Positions 50,770 to 63,913 of a stretch of DNA of 64,000 nt are shown piece after piece. The stretch's first letter is position 1. Each line of letters begins with the position of its first letter. Below the pieces are notes generated by a model. It saw nothing but the letters and a program-made list of their open reading frames with translations. It did no database searches and had not been told where the DNA came from. The translations under genes were made by a program, and so were the position numbers. The DNA is from Mobula hypostoma. Lineage: Eukaryota. Location: assembly GCF_963921235.1 (NCBI RefSeq), contig NC_086109.1, positions 13,394,001-13,458,000 of the forward strand, read 5' to 3'.

Positions 50770-50985
50770 ACACGGAAGAAGGAGGTGTTGCGGTATTCTG
50801 CTGCTGTATCCCATCCACTTTAAGGTTCGACGTGTTGTGCATTGAGAGATGCTCTTCTGTATACTGTTGTTGTAACCTGTGGTTGTTTGAATTACTGTCT
50901 CCTTTCTGTCAGCTTGAACTAGTCTGGTCATTCTCCTCTGACCTCTCTTATTAACAAGGTGTTTTCGCCCACAGAACTGCAGCTC
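50770..50985 (-). pseudogene. Tc1-like transposase N-terminal fragment
   Basis: GRKHLVNKRGQRRMTRLVQADRK..TTRRTLKWMGYSSR. Confidence 0.7.
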
Positions 50986-50989
50986 CATT

Positions 50990-52583
50990 AGACATAGGAG
51001 CAGAATTTGGTCATTCAGCCCATCGAGTCTGCTCCACCATTCCATCATGGCTGATCCCGAATCCCACTCAATCCCATACGCCTGCCTTCTCGCCCTTTCC
51101 TTTGATGCCCCGATCAGAAAAAATCAACTTCCGCCTTAAATATACCCACACACCTGGCCTTCACCACAGTCTGTGGCAGACCATATCCACAGATTCACTA
51201 CTCTCTGGCTAAAAGAAAATCCTTCTTACCTCTTTTCTATAAGGTTGCCCCTCAATTTTGAGGTTGTGCCCTCTAATTCTGGATACCTTCACCACAGGAA
51301 ACATCCTCTCCACATCCACCCTATCTAGTCCTTTCAACATTTGGTAGGTTTCAATGACATCCCCCTGCATTTTTCTAAATTCCAGTGAGTTTGGGCCCAA
51401 AGCTGCCAAATGCTCTTCATATGTTAACCCCTTCATTCCCAGAATCATCCTTGTGAATCTCCTCTGGACTCTCTCCAATGACAACATATCCTTCTGAGAT
51501 ATGGGGCCCAAAACTGTTGACAATAGTCCATGGGCAGCCTGACTAATTAAGGCTCAGCATTATATCCTTGCTTTTATATTCTATCCCGCTTGAAATAATG
51601 CCAACATTGCATTTGCCTTCTTTACCACAGACTCAACCTGTAAATGAACCTTCTCGGAGTCTTGCATGAGGATTCCTAAGCCCCTCAGCACCTCTGATGT
51701 TTGAACCTTCTCCCCATTTATAGTCTGCACTATTGTTCCTTTTACCAAAGTGCATTATCATACATTTCTCAACACTCTATTCCATCTGCCACTTTTTTGT
51801 CCAATTCTTCCAAGTTGTCTAAGTCCTGTTGCAATCGCATTGCTTCCTCAGCACTACCTACCACTCCACCTATCTTCGTATCATCTTCAAACTTTGCCAC
51901 AAAGCCATCAATTCCATTATCCAAATCATTGACAAACAATGTGAAAAGTAGCGGTCTCAATACTGACCCCTGAGGAACACCACTATTCACCGGCAGCCAA
52001 CTAGAAAAGGCCCCTTTTATTCCCACTGGCTGCCTCCTGCCTGTCAACCATTCCTCTATCAATGCCAGTATCTCTCCTGTAATGCCACAGGATTTTATCT
52101 TGTTCAGCAGCCTCCTGTGTGGCACCTTATCAAATGCCTTCTGAAAAATCCAAGAAAATTGACATCCACTGCCTCTCATTTGTCCACCCTGCTTGTTTCT
52201 TCCTCGGATAATTCTAACAAATTTGTCAGGCATTTACAGAAACCATGCTGACTTTGGTTTATTTTATTATTAGTCTTTAAGTACCCTGAAACCTCATCCT
52301 GAATAATAGACTCCAACACTTTTCCAACCACTGAGGTCAGGCTAACTGGCCTATAATTTTCTTTCTTTTGCCTTCCTCCCTTCTTAAAGAGCGGAGTGAC
52401 ATTTGCAATCTTCCAATCCTCCAAGACCATGCCAGAATCAAGTGATTCTTGAAAGATCATGACCAATGCATCCATTAACTCTTCAGCAACCTCTGTAAGG
52501 ACTCTGGGAATATAGTCCTGCTGGTTCAGGTGACTTATCCACCTTAAGACCTTTGAGTTTGCCTAGCAACTTTCCTTTGTAAC
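50990..52583 (-). mobile_element. CR1 LINE 3' part in the spacer, abutting the right arm
   Basis: DWKIANVTPLFKKG..NYRPVSLTS, FQKAFDKVPH, SGVPQGSVL, KFEDDTKIGG. Confidence 0.9.
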
Positions 52584-54295
52584 GGAGCAGTCTTGATAGA
52601 CCTAACGAACAAATTCAGCTCCTATGTCTTATGGTCTTAAGACCCCAGTTCCCTTTAAGCTCTGTGTAGTCATAGTTCCCTCACTTCTCTTCAACCCACC
52701 AGGCCCACCACCCCTGTTCCCTTTAACCTTAACATGCCACAGTTCCCAAATCCATTTAACCTTACCATGTACCCTTCCAAAAATGACCAGGGAACTTCGG
52801 AGTATCCAGGGTTGTAGAAGTTTTACTGTAACACACTGTGCATTGCCTACATTAAAGCCTTCAACAGAAAGCTCAGAAGTGTCAGAGGTCTCAGAGATAT
52901 TCTGCATCATGTTAATGATTCAGAGAAAGAGGCACCAAGTACTTGCTGACAGAGCAACTCATAAATGGCTTCATTGTTGGTACTGAACATAATAAGTAAT
53001 GATAAGCTACAACTATTTATGCGTGACCTTACAAATGAGCATGCTTCTGGTACACAGAACCCCGTGTCCAACTCAACATGTGTGAAATGTCAACTGGCCA
53101 GCACTTGGTGTAATCTGAAGAGGAGCTTGTTATCCTGGAGGTTAGCAAGCTGTGTCAATGACAGGAAAATCAAGATCCATCAGCAGAATAAGTATACGAA
53201 CCAGCTGTTAACAAGCAAAGGATCCTCATCTCATCCACTAACTTCCTCTCACTCTAGTTCCTTTACCGCGCCCATTGATGGAAAACTCAGTGATTTTGTA
53301 AATGGTACACACCATGATCACTAGAGGAAATAAAGTTCAAGTTCACTTTTATTGTCATTTGACCCTATACAGTATACCTTCAATAAAACAGTGTTCCTCT
53401 GGGCCAAGGTTGCACAACACAGTGCATACAACTCACACACAACGCACGAAGTAACATTATCACTAATAAATTTAATAATAAAATATGTTTCAGAAGTTTG
53501 AGATTTAGCATAATGTACATTTATGACACAAGTTAAAAAGCGAATGGTGTAATGCAACTGGCTCTTCTATGTGATGAGAGCTGGGTGGTGGCAGTGAGTT
53601 CAGGGCTCTCATGGCCTGGGGAGGGTGAAGGGTGAAAAAGAGATTGAAAGGATTAGAGGGGTTGATGAAGTACCAAATAAACAAGTTGCTTTCTGCTAAA
53701 TGGTGTCATACCTTCCAGTTTTGTTTCTTTTCCCTTTTCGTGTGGGGAGGTGGTTGATGTCCTTTCTCTTTTCTGTATTTCATGGCTATCTGGAGAAGAC
53801 GAATATCAGAGTTGTATTGTACATGCACACTTTGACAATAAAATGAACTTTTGTACCTTTGAACCTTCCTCTATTGTCCTTTCCACTGTGCAGTATGTCC
53901 ATCCTCTACAGTACGTCCTTCCCTGTGGTGTCATTCCTCTACAGCAAGAGTTTCCAACCTTTTTTATTGTCATAAACACCTACCAGTAACCGAGAGGACT
54001 GTGGACCTCAGGTTGGGAATCCTGGCACTACAGTCTTGTTATAACTATTGTGTCATTCATAGAACATTGAACAGCTCATGACAGTATGGACCCTTCATCA
54101 CAGTAAGGTTAAGCAGCTCCTGTTGTTCCCAATAGTCTGTTTTGTTGAAAATGTGCATCATATTGGGGATAATCCGCTTAGATCATAATAGTTGGCATAA
54201 CTTATTGTGTTCTTCTCTTTAGTTTCTGGTCTCCAGCATTTGAACCTTATGTTTCTCTTTCATCAAGGCTTGATATTTTATATGTGATCATAAGA

Positions 54296-56037
54296 CCATA
54301 AGATATAGGAACAGAAGTAGGCCATTCACCCCATCGAGTCTGTTCCACCATTCAATCATGGGCTGATCCAATTCATCCAGTCATCCCATTTCCCTGCCTT
54401 CTCCCCATATCCTTTGATGCCCTGGCTAATCAAGAACCTATCTATCTCTGCTTTAAATGTACCTAACGACTTGGCCTCCGCAGCCGCTCATGGCAACAAA
54501 TTCCACAGATTTACAACCCTCTGACTAAAGTCATTTCTCCGCATCTTTGTCCTAAATGGACATCCTTCAACCCTGAAATTGTGTCTTCTTGTCCGAGACT
54601 CTCCTACCGTGGGAAATAACTTTGCCATATTTCATCTGCTCAGGTCTTTTAACATTTGGAATGTTTCTATGAGAACCCCCGTCATTCTCCTGAACTCCAG
54701 GGAATACAGTCCAAGAGCTGCCAAACATTCCTCATACAGTAACTCTTTCATTCTTAGAATCATTCTTGTGAATCTTCTCTGAACGCTCTCCAATGTCAGT
54801 ATATCCTTTTTAAAATAAGGAGCCCAAAACTGCACACAATACTGCAAGTGTGGTCTCACGAGTGCCTTATAGAGCCTCAACATCACATCCCTGCTCTATA
54901 TCTGTAGAAATGAATGTCAACAATGCATTCCTGTTCCTCACAACCGACTCAGCCTGGAGGTTAACCTTTAGGGTATCCTGCACAAGGACTCCCAAGTCCC
55001 TTTGTATCTCTGCATTTTTGAATTCTCTTCCCATCTAAATAATCTGCCCATTTAATTCTTCCACCAAGTGTATGACCATAAACTTTTCAACATTGTATCT
55101 CATTTGCCACTTCTTTGCCCATTCACCTGAACTATCTAAGTCTCTCTGCAGGCTCTCTGTTTCCTCAACACTACCCACTCCTCCATTTATCTTTGTATCA
55201 TTGGCAAATTTAGCCACAAATCCATTAATCCCATAGTCTAAATCATTGACATATATTGTAAAAAGCTGTGATCCCAACACCGACCACTGTGGAAATCCAC
55301 TGGTAACCAGCAGCCAGCCAGAATAAGATCCCTTTATTCCCACTCTCTGTTTTCTGCCAATCAGCCAATGCTCCACCCATGCTCATAATTTCCCTGTAAT
55401 TTCATGGGCTCATACCTTGCTAAGCAGCCTCATGTGTGGCACCTTGTTAAAGGCCTTCTGAAAATCCAAATACACCACATCTACTACTTCTCCTTCATCT
55501 CAGGAAACCATGCCGGCTTTGGCAAATCTTGTAATGTGCCACCAGGTACTCCATAATCTCATCCCTAACAATCGATTCCAACAACTTCCCAAACACTGAT
55601 GTCAGGCTAACAGTTCTATAGTTTCCTTTCTGCTGCCTCCCACCCTTTGTAAATAACGGAGTAACATTTGCAATTTTCCAGTCATCGGTACAATGCCAGA
55701 ATCTATCGATTCTTGAAAGATCATTGTTATTCCCTCTGCAATCTCTCCAGCTACTTCCTTCAGAACCGGAGGGTGCATTCCATCTGATCCAGGAGATTTA
55801 TCCACCTACAGACGGTTAAGCTTTCTGAGTACCTTCTCAGTTGCAATTTTCACTTCACATACTTCACTTCCCTAACACTCTGGAATGTCCGGTATACTAC
55901 AGGTGACTTCCACTGTGAAGACTGATGCAAAATAAGCATTCAGTTCCTCTGCCATCTCTGCATCTCTCATTATACTACCTCCAGCATCATTTCCTATTGG
56001 TCCTGCCCTCAACTCCCTTTTATCCTTTATATACTTA
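54296..56037 (-). mobile_element. CR1 LINE 3' part, right-arm specific
   Basis: RT motifs (KFANDTK, LVRPHLQYCVQFW); ATAAGA duplication (54290-54295, 56038-56043); empty site near 47180. Confidence 0.9.
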
Positions 56038-56879
56038 ATAAGATCAGAAGACATGGGAGGAGCATTAAGCTATTAAACCCATTGAGTCTGCTCTGCCGTT
56101 CCATCACGGCTGATTAGTTATCCCTAATTATGCTGTCAGCTTGCTTTTACTTGTAGCACATCCATTGAAATAAGTCGGAAGATATTGGCTTGAAGTTCCT
56201 CTGAAGTTCCTCACAATTCTCAGAGGCACCACTGTGTGAATAAGACAACAGGCCAAGGCCTCAGTTCAACTGGATATTAACAATACGAAGGTAACATTCA
56301 AAGAAGATTAGGAGTGGTTTTCCCATTTACCTGGGAAAATTGACACGGGGCAATTGAACATATTACAATTAAATGCCGGACACGTTACCTGATCAGGACG
56401 TTTATTGTTGTGTTCATAAGTCCATAAGATATAGGAGCAGATTTAGACCATTTGACCCATTAAGTCCGCTCTGCCATTTCATCATGGCTAATCCATTTCC
56501 CATTCAGTCCCAATCTCCTTCCACCTTCCTGTATCCCTTCATACCCTGGCCAATCAAGAATTTATCAGCCTCTGCCTTAAACATACATAAAGACTTGGCC
56601 TCCACATCTGCCTGTGGCAAAGAATTCCACAGATTCACCACTCTCTGGCTTGAGAAATAACCTCTCGACTCTGTTCTGAAAGGACACCCCTCGATTCTGA
56701 GGCCGTGTCCTATGGTCTTAGACTCTCCCACCATAGGAAACATCCTCTCCACATCCATTCTATTGAGGCCTTTCATCATTTGATAGGTTTCTATGAGGAC
56801 ACCCCTCATTCTTCTGAATTGCAGTGAATACAGGCCCAGAGCCATCAAACACTCTTCACATGACAAGCCATTGTGTCCT

Positions 56880-58820
56880 GGAATCATTACCACTGTCTAC
56901 ATCCCCTACCCACCACCAACCCCCACACCCCCCAGCCACCACCCCCTACCAACCGAGTGCAAACATCAAGGTCGCACTGGGAGACCTTTACAGTATCACC
57001 AGCTCACCGGCTCTCTCTAAAACAAGCATCCAGGTCATTTCTTCATAATTGCAGAGACTTCAATCATGTTAACCTGCTGGACATTTACACAAATTCCAGC
57101 ATAGCCACCATGAGAATAACAGACCGGACCATGATTATACAAAGAGATACGGTATTTAAAATTTTATCCCAAGCCTCATCTTGGTCTCCCTGACTACATC
57201 TCTATAACGTTAATCCCATTGTCCTGACCACAACTGAAAATGGAGAAACCAATCAAGAGGACCATCACTGTATGGCCTCACGAGGCAATCTCTATGCTTC
57301 AAAACTGTTTTGAGTGGATGAATTGGCAGAAGTTGAAGGAGGTCACAACAAAGGGAAAAGACTCAGACCGAGGATCATTCCTCATCTGTGATTGGCTACA
57401 TCAGAAAGTGTGTACACGACATTGGTACCTCAGGAACAGTCATCTCACATCGCAGCCAGAAGCCCTGGCTGAATGCTGAGGTGTACTCCCTACTAAAAGC
57501 CCAGGATGCTGCCTTCAAGTCTGGTGACAGAAGAGATCTCACTGCAGCCAAGTCATCACCATAGGCATCAAGAAGGAAAAGACTGCCCACGCTCAAATAA
57601 TTCAGGAACACCTGTGCGATGACAATGTCCGGCATATTTCACTGACTACACAAGGAAAAACAGCGTCAAATGTACCGGTGACACCACCCTCCCTGATGTT
57701 CTAAAAACTTTAGTGCATGTTTCGAGGTATGCAACACAACACCGGCCACGATAGCTACCCCTCTCCCAAGTGAGCAGCCACTATCTGTAACAGCTACAGA
57801 CGTAAGAAGGTGCAGAGACCCAACCACAGTAAGGCAGCCAGGCCAGAAAACATCCCCAGCCAAGTACTCAGGGAGTGTACATCCCAGCTTACTGACATCT
57901 TCAACACTTCACCCATACAGACTGCTATCCACACATGCTTCAAATCAGCCACCATCATCCCCTCTACACTTTCCGAACTAAATAACTTGTGCCCAGTGCC
58001 ACTGACGCCAAGCGTCTTTTTTGAATGGATGATAATGGCACAAATCAAAAGTTCCATTCTTGCCACATCGGACACTCAGTATGTGCTTACCAACAGAACA
58101 GCTCTACGGTCTCAGATAGTCATGATGCACAATTATTCCTCCCTCACCACCACCATCAAAACGGGTGCCCCAAGGGCTGTGTGCTGATCCCATTGCTGTA
58201 TCCTCTGCTCACACATGACTGCATGGCCAGACACCCGAGTCATCACATCGTCACGTTCGACATTGGTGGGGCTCATCACCAACAACAACGAGCTGGCCTA
58301 CAGAGAGGAAGTGGACGAGCTCGACGCTTGGTGCCAGGAAAATAACCGCTTCCTCAACGCGAACAAGACTAAGGATGTGGTTATTGACTTCAGGAGAACT
58401 TACACCATTCACACCCCTCCTTACAATGACGACACAATAGTGGAAACTGTGAGCAGTTTCAAACTCCCGGAAGAGCATGTCTCACACAACCATTCATGGT
58501 CCCAGAACACATCCCACATAGTCAAGAAAGTTCACTAATGCCTCTGATTTCTGAGGAAGCTAAAGAGAAGTGGACTTTGTACATCTATATCTCCACTACA
58601 GATGTTGAGTTGAGAGCATCCTAACAAGCTGCATCACTGATTGATACAAAAACTGCACTGCGGCAGACAGGAAGACCCCACAGCAAATTTTTTTTGCTTA
58701 TTATTGTGTTCTTTATCCTATTGTGTGTGTGTGTTTTTTTAGTGCTGCATCGAATACTGAGTAGCAATTATTCTGTTTTCCTTTACACTTGTGTTCTGGA
58801 AATGACATTAAACGATCTTG
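56880..58820 (+). mobile_element. Decayed Rex1/Babar-like LINE (right-arm duplicate)
   Basis: Same lesions and junctions as 43540-45830; lacks roughly 370 bp near 58690. Confidence 0.82.
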
Positions 58821-61800
58821 AATATGGAGACTTATCACTATGTGACATAAAATGGTGTCAATTCCCATATTTTATTGCTGACTGTGAAACAGATGGTTTT
58901 CTGTTGTTTTCAATATTACAGTGATGAATATATATTTTATTGGCTGCCAATCACCAGGAAACAGTAATTGGTACTCTTGGAATATAAAGACTTCGCCTTT
59001 TGTGACCTTCCCTGGTTTTGGCATTAAATTACATCCTGAGTAATTATGACAGAGGGAAAGAAATACTCGTTTATTGTCCTTGATCACTTTCCCCAGCTGA
59101 GTGTGCCACTGAGAATGTTCAGGCAAAATACCACAGAGCCATGACTCATAAAAAACAGCTGCACATTTGGAAGAGATGAAGTTCTTATTGTCATATAGAT
59201 AATGAGGGTTACTGTGTACAGAACTGAAAAAGAGTGACACTTTGTAAAGATCAAATGGCTTCATGGGGAACCAAGTGGTGCCTATTGTGGAAAATATTTA
59301 AGATTGAGCCAGCTTGGTTGTAGCTGGGAAAATAATGCCGGTAGCCAAAGAACCACAACATTTGTCGATGGATAAGAATGTAGTGGAGCTAAAACGGGAT
59401 TTGTGAAGCTATAAGTAAGATACGACAGCGGCTATATTTCATTAGGAGTTTGAGGAGATTTGGTATGTCACCGAAAGCACTCGCAGCTATCTGCAGATGT
59501 ACTGTGGAGAGCATGCTAACTGACTGCATCACTGTCTGGTATGGCGGGCGGGGTGGGCGGGGGGTGGTGGGAGAGCAATAGCACAGGATCAGAGTAAGCA
59601 GCAAAGATCTGCAAAATCAGCCAGCTCCATCATGGGCAGTAGCCTCCATGGTATCCAGGACCTCTTCAAGGAATGGTGCCTCAGAAAGGCAGCATCCATC
59701 ATTAAGGAGCTCCACCACCCAGGACATGCCCTCTTCTCATTGCGACCATCAGGAAGGAGGTACAGGAACTTGAAGGAACACACTCAACATTTCAGGTGCA
59801 GTTTCTTCCCCTCTGCCATCCGAATTTTGAGTGGACAGTGAAACCATGAACACTACCTCACTACTTTATTTTTTATATCTTATTTTTTGCACTGCTTGTT
59901 TAATTCAACTATTTAATATATATATTCTTCTCTCTATTATCATGCATACACTGTACTGCTACCGCAGAATTAACAAATTTCAGGACATATGCCAGTGATA
60001 TTAAACCTGATTCTGGTTCTGACTTCTGATTCTGATTTTAATAAGAGTTGCTAGTTATGGCTCGGTTGCTTAGAATGTAGTGACAGTACAGATTAGCCCG
60101 GTAAATCCGAGCAGACGGCAAGATAACTAATGCAGCTGAAGCAGAAAACTACAACAAAAACTCAACAAGTCAGGTAGCTACTATGGAGAGACAAGGACAG
60201 TTGACATTTCAAGTCATGACCCTTCATCAGAGACGGAGGTGTGGATGGCAGATGGGAACAGTCGGGGGAGGAGATCCAGTGAGAGGAATTTGTTGGTGAT
60301 GGCCAGATGGAGTTGGTATGATTGACTAAACTGAGCCGTACAGCTGTAGTTAGAAGATTTGAGAGATATTTGTTCACACTATGGACCTTCTAGAGAATCT
60401 AATTCTGCTCTCCTCACACAATGTATATTCTTTTTAAAGTATAAACATTGAAACCTATTGAACGTTGAAACTCTTCAAAACAGTGGATGTGGAGAGGATG
60501 TTTCCTATGGTGGGGGAGACTAAGACCAGGGGACACAGCCTCAGAATAGAGCAATGTCCATTTAGAATGAAGATCAGGAAGAATTTCTTTAGTGAGAGAG
60601 TGGGGAATCTGTGGAATTCTTGTCACAGGCAGATGTGGAGCCCAAGTCATTAAGGCAGAGGTTGATAGGTTCTAGATTAGTTGAGGAATGAAGGGTTACA
60701 GGGAGAAGACAGGAGACTGGGGTTAAGAGGGAAATGGATCAGCCAGAATGAAATGGCAGAGCAGACTTGATGGGCCAAATGGCCTTATTCTGCTCCTATA
60801 TCTTATGGGCTCATGGTCTAAACATCAGGAGAATAATGAGTGATTAACTTCCATTTCAATGGCTATAATCACCTACCTACCTTTAACACTTTGACTGTGG
60901 ACAGGTACTTTTGCAGAATTACGTATTTACAATGTTAGCATATCCCAACTAGCAAAACCCCTTTGGAAATTGTATACAGCTGGCTGGTCTGAAAGCTTCT
61001 TAGCAGATGCATTGATGAATTCCAACCATACCACTGATTGCAGAGGACTCAAAATGTGCCTCTTTTGTGATGATATTGACTTCTGGCCTGTGAACATACA
61101 ACTAGCCAGAACTTAACAACAAAAGAGACCTGCTTTGAACATTTAATGATGGTTTAATACAGGTGATGGCCATTTAATGTTTTCCCTGATCTCATCCTGA
61201 AGATTTCAAGGAGCACCGAGTAACATGAGCTGTTCTCTTACTACTTCTCCTCATCTGACTATTACCTCTCTTTGGTGCCCCTCTTCCTTCCCTTTCTTCC
61301 ATGATCCATTCTCCTCTCCCATCAGATTCCTTCCTCTTTAGTCCTTTACCTTTTTTACCTATCTCCTCCCAGCTTCTCAGTTTAACACTCACCTTTCCCC
61401 TCCGCTGGTTTCACCTTTCACTTTCTAGCCTGTACTCCTTCCCCTCCCCCAGCCTTTTATTTTGGTTTCTTCCCTCTTCCTTTCCAGCCCTGATGAAGCA
61501 CCTTGGCCAGAAATATCGGCTTTTTATTACTCTCCATAGAAGCTTCGTGCCCTGCTAAGTTCCTCCAGCATTTTGTGTGTTACTCTTGATTGCCAGCATC
61601 TGCAGAATCTCCTGTGTTTATAGGTTGTCAAGAGGTTTTATACCCTGGCTTTGCATGCTCTAGTATCTTCTTTATGATTAATATCAGAATCAGAATCAGG
61701 ATTATTATCACTGTCTCGTATGTGTGCGGTGAAATTTGTCATTTCAGAGCAACAGTACAGTGCAGAGGCATTAAATTACTATTAATTAAATAAACAGTGC

Positions 61801-62148
61801 AAGGCAAAAGGAAGAGTGAGGTGGTGCTCATGGTTTCATGGAACATTCAGAAGTTTGATCGTGGAGGCAAAGAATCTCTGAATCTCTGAGTCTGCTGTCT
61901 TCAGAACTCCAGAATAATTTCTAACAGACTGGGTGGAGGAGGAGGAAAATCAGGCTGATGAGGGTGGGGGTAGGGGTCAGGGGTGGGTTAGGAGGAAGTC
62001 AATAGGTCTCAGGAAGGAAGAGAAAGCAACAGAGAGTGGGGGTAGGTTGGAGAAATTGGAGAATGATGCAGCTGAAGTTGAATCATGCAACACACGTAAA
62101 AGTTGCTGGTGAACGCAGCAGGCCAAGCAGCATCTGTAGGAAGAGGTG

Positions 62149-62185
62149 CAGTCGACATTTCAGGCCAAAACCCTTCGTCAGGACT
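62149..62185 (-). ncRNA. Hammerhead ribozyme motif, CpG-decayed variant
   Basis: Minus strand AGTCCTGACGAAGGGTTTTGGCCTGAAATGTCGACTG. Confidence 0.6.
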
Positions 62186-62480
62186 AACTGAAGGAAGAGT
62201 GAGTAAGGGATTTGAAAGTTGGAGGGGGAGGGGGAGATGCAAAATGATAGGAGAAGACAGGAGGGGGAGGGATGGAGCCAAGAGCTGGACAGGTGATAGG
62301 CAAAAGGGATACGAGAGGATCATGGGACAGGAGGTCCGGGAAGAAAGACGGGCGGGGGGGGGCACCCAGAGGATGGGCAAGGGGTATAGTCAGAGGGACA
62401 GAGGGAGAAAAAGGAGAGTGAGAGAAAGAATGTGTGTATAAAAATAAGTAACAGATGGGATACGAGGGGGAAGTGGGGCA

Positions 62481-63584
62481 TTAGCGGAAGTTAGAGAAGT
62501 CAATGTTCATGCCATCAGGTTGGAGGCTACCCAGACGGAATATAAGGTGTTGTTCCTCCAACCTGAGTGTGGCTTCATCTTTACAGTAGAGGAGGCCGTG
62601 GATGGACATGTCAGAATGGGAACGGGATGTGGAATTAAAATGTGTGGCCACTGGGAGATCCTGCTTTCTCTGGCGGACAGAGCGTAGGTGTTCAGCAAAG
62701 TGGTCTCCCAGTCTGCGTTGGGTCTTGCCAATATATAAAAGGCCACATCGGGAGCACTGGACGCAGTATATCACCCCAACCGACTCACAGGTGAAGTGTT
62801 GCCTCACCTGGAAGGACTGTTTGGGGCCCTGAATGGTGGTAAGGGAGGAAGTGTAAGGGCATGTGTAGCACTTGTTCCGCTTACACGGATAAGTGCCAGG
62901 AGGGAGATCAGTGGGGAGGGATGGGGTGGACGAATGGACAAGGGAGTTGCGTAGGGAGCGATCCCTGCGGAATGCAGAGTGGGGGGGAGGGAAAGATGTG
63001 CTTAGTGGTGGGATCCCGTTGGAGGTGGCAGAAGTTACGGAGAATAATACGTTGGACCCGGAGGCTGGTGGGGTGGTAGGTGAGGACCAGGGGAACCCTA
63101 TTCCTAGTGGGGTGGTGGGAGGATGGAGTGAGAGCAGATGTACGTGAAATGGGGGAGATGCGTTTAAGAGCAGAGTTAATAGTGGAGGAAGGGAAGCCTC
63201 TTTCTTTAAAAAAGGAAGACATCTCCCTCGTCCTAGAATGAAAAGCCTCATCCTGAGAGCAGATGCGGCGGAGACGGAGGAATTGCGAGAAGGGAATGGC
63301 GTTTTTGCAAGAGACAGGGTGAGAAGAGGAATAGTCCAGATAGCTGTGAGAGTCAGTAGGCTTATAGTAGACATCAGTGGATAAGCTGTTTCCAGAGACA
63401 GAGACAGAAAGATATAGAAAGGGGAGGGAGGTGTTGGAAATGGACCGGTAAACTTGAGGGCAGGGTGAAAGTTGGAGGCAAAGTTAATTAAGTCAACGAG
63501 CTCTGCATGCGTGCAGGAAGCAGCGCCAATGCAGTCGTCGATGTAGCGAAGGAAAAGTGGGGGACAGATACCAGAATAGGCACG
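62481..63584 (-). pseudogene. Truncated Penelope RT + GIY-YIG with two mutually compensating frameshifts
   Basis: FLRYIDD in frame, out of frame from LKFTGPF to PPH, back in frame for SAFRR..GLLYIGKT..MNIDFSNFR. Confidence 0.85.
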
Positions 63585-63876
63585 AATGCCCCACCTCCCC
63601 CTCGTACCCCATCTGTTACTTATTTTTATACACACATTCTTTCTCTCACTCTCCTTTTTCTCCCTCTGTCCCTCTGAATATACCCCTTGCCCATCCTCTG
63701 GGTCCCCCACCCCTCGTCTTTCTTCCCAGACCTCCTGTCCCATGATCCTCTCATATCCCTTTTGCCTATCGCCTGTCCAGCTCTTGGCTCCATCCCTCTC
63801 CCTCCTGTCCTCTCCTATCATTTTGGATCTCCCCCTCCCTCTCTCACTTTTAAATCTACAAGCTCTTCTTTCAGTT

Positions 63877-63913
63877 AGTCCTGACGAAGGGTCTCGGCCT
63901 GAAACGTCGACTG
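63877..63913 (+). ncRNA. Minimal type I hammerhead ribozyme motif (intact core)
   Basis: AGTC-CTGACGA-AGGGTCTCGGCCT-GAAA-CG-TC-GACTG. Confidence 0.8.

Larger units (their letters stand above)
52584..62086 (-). repeat. Right arm of the inverted segmental duplication; may continue beyond the Penelope insertion at the window edge
   Basis: Same alignments as the left arm; holds the empty sites of the left-arm insertions. Confidence 0.95.

Noticed and set aside
24142..62086. Reading the arms as terminal inverted repeats of one giant transposon or as an assembly artefact
   Set aside because: The spacer encodes no transposase or polymerase, and the arms differ by old insertions with target duplications and by more than 20% divergence in places, which a simple misassembly would not give.
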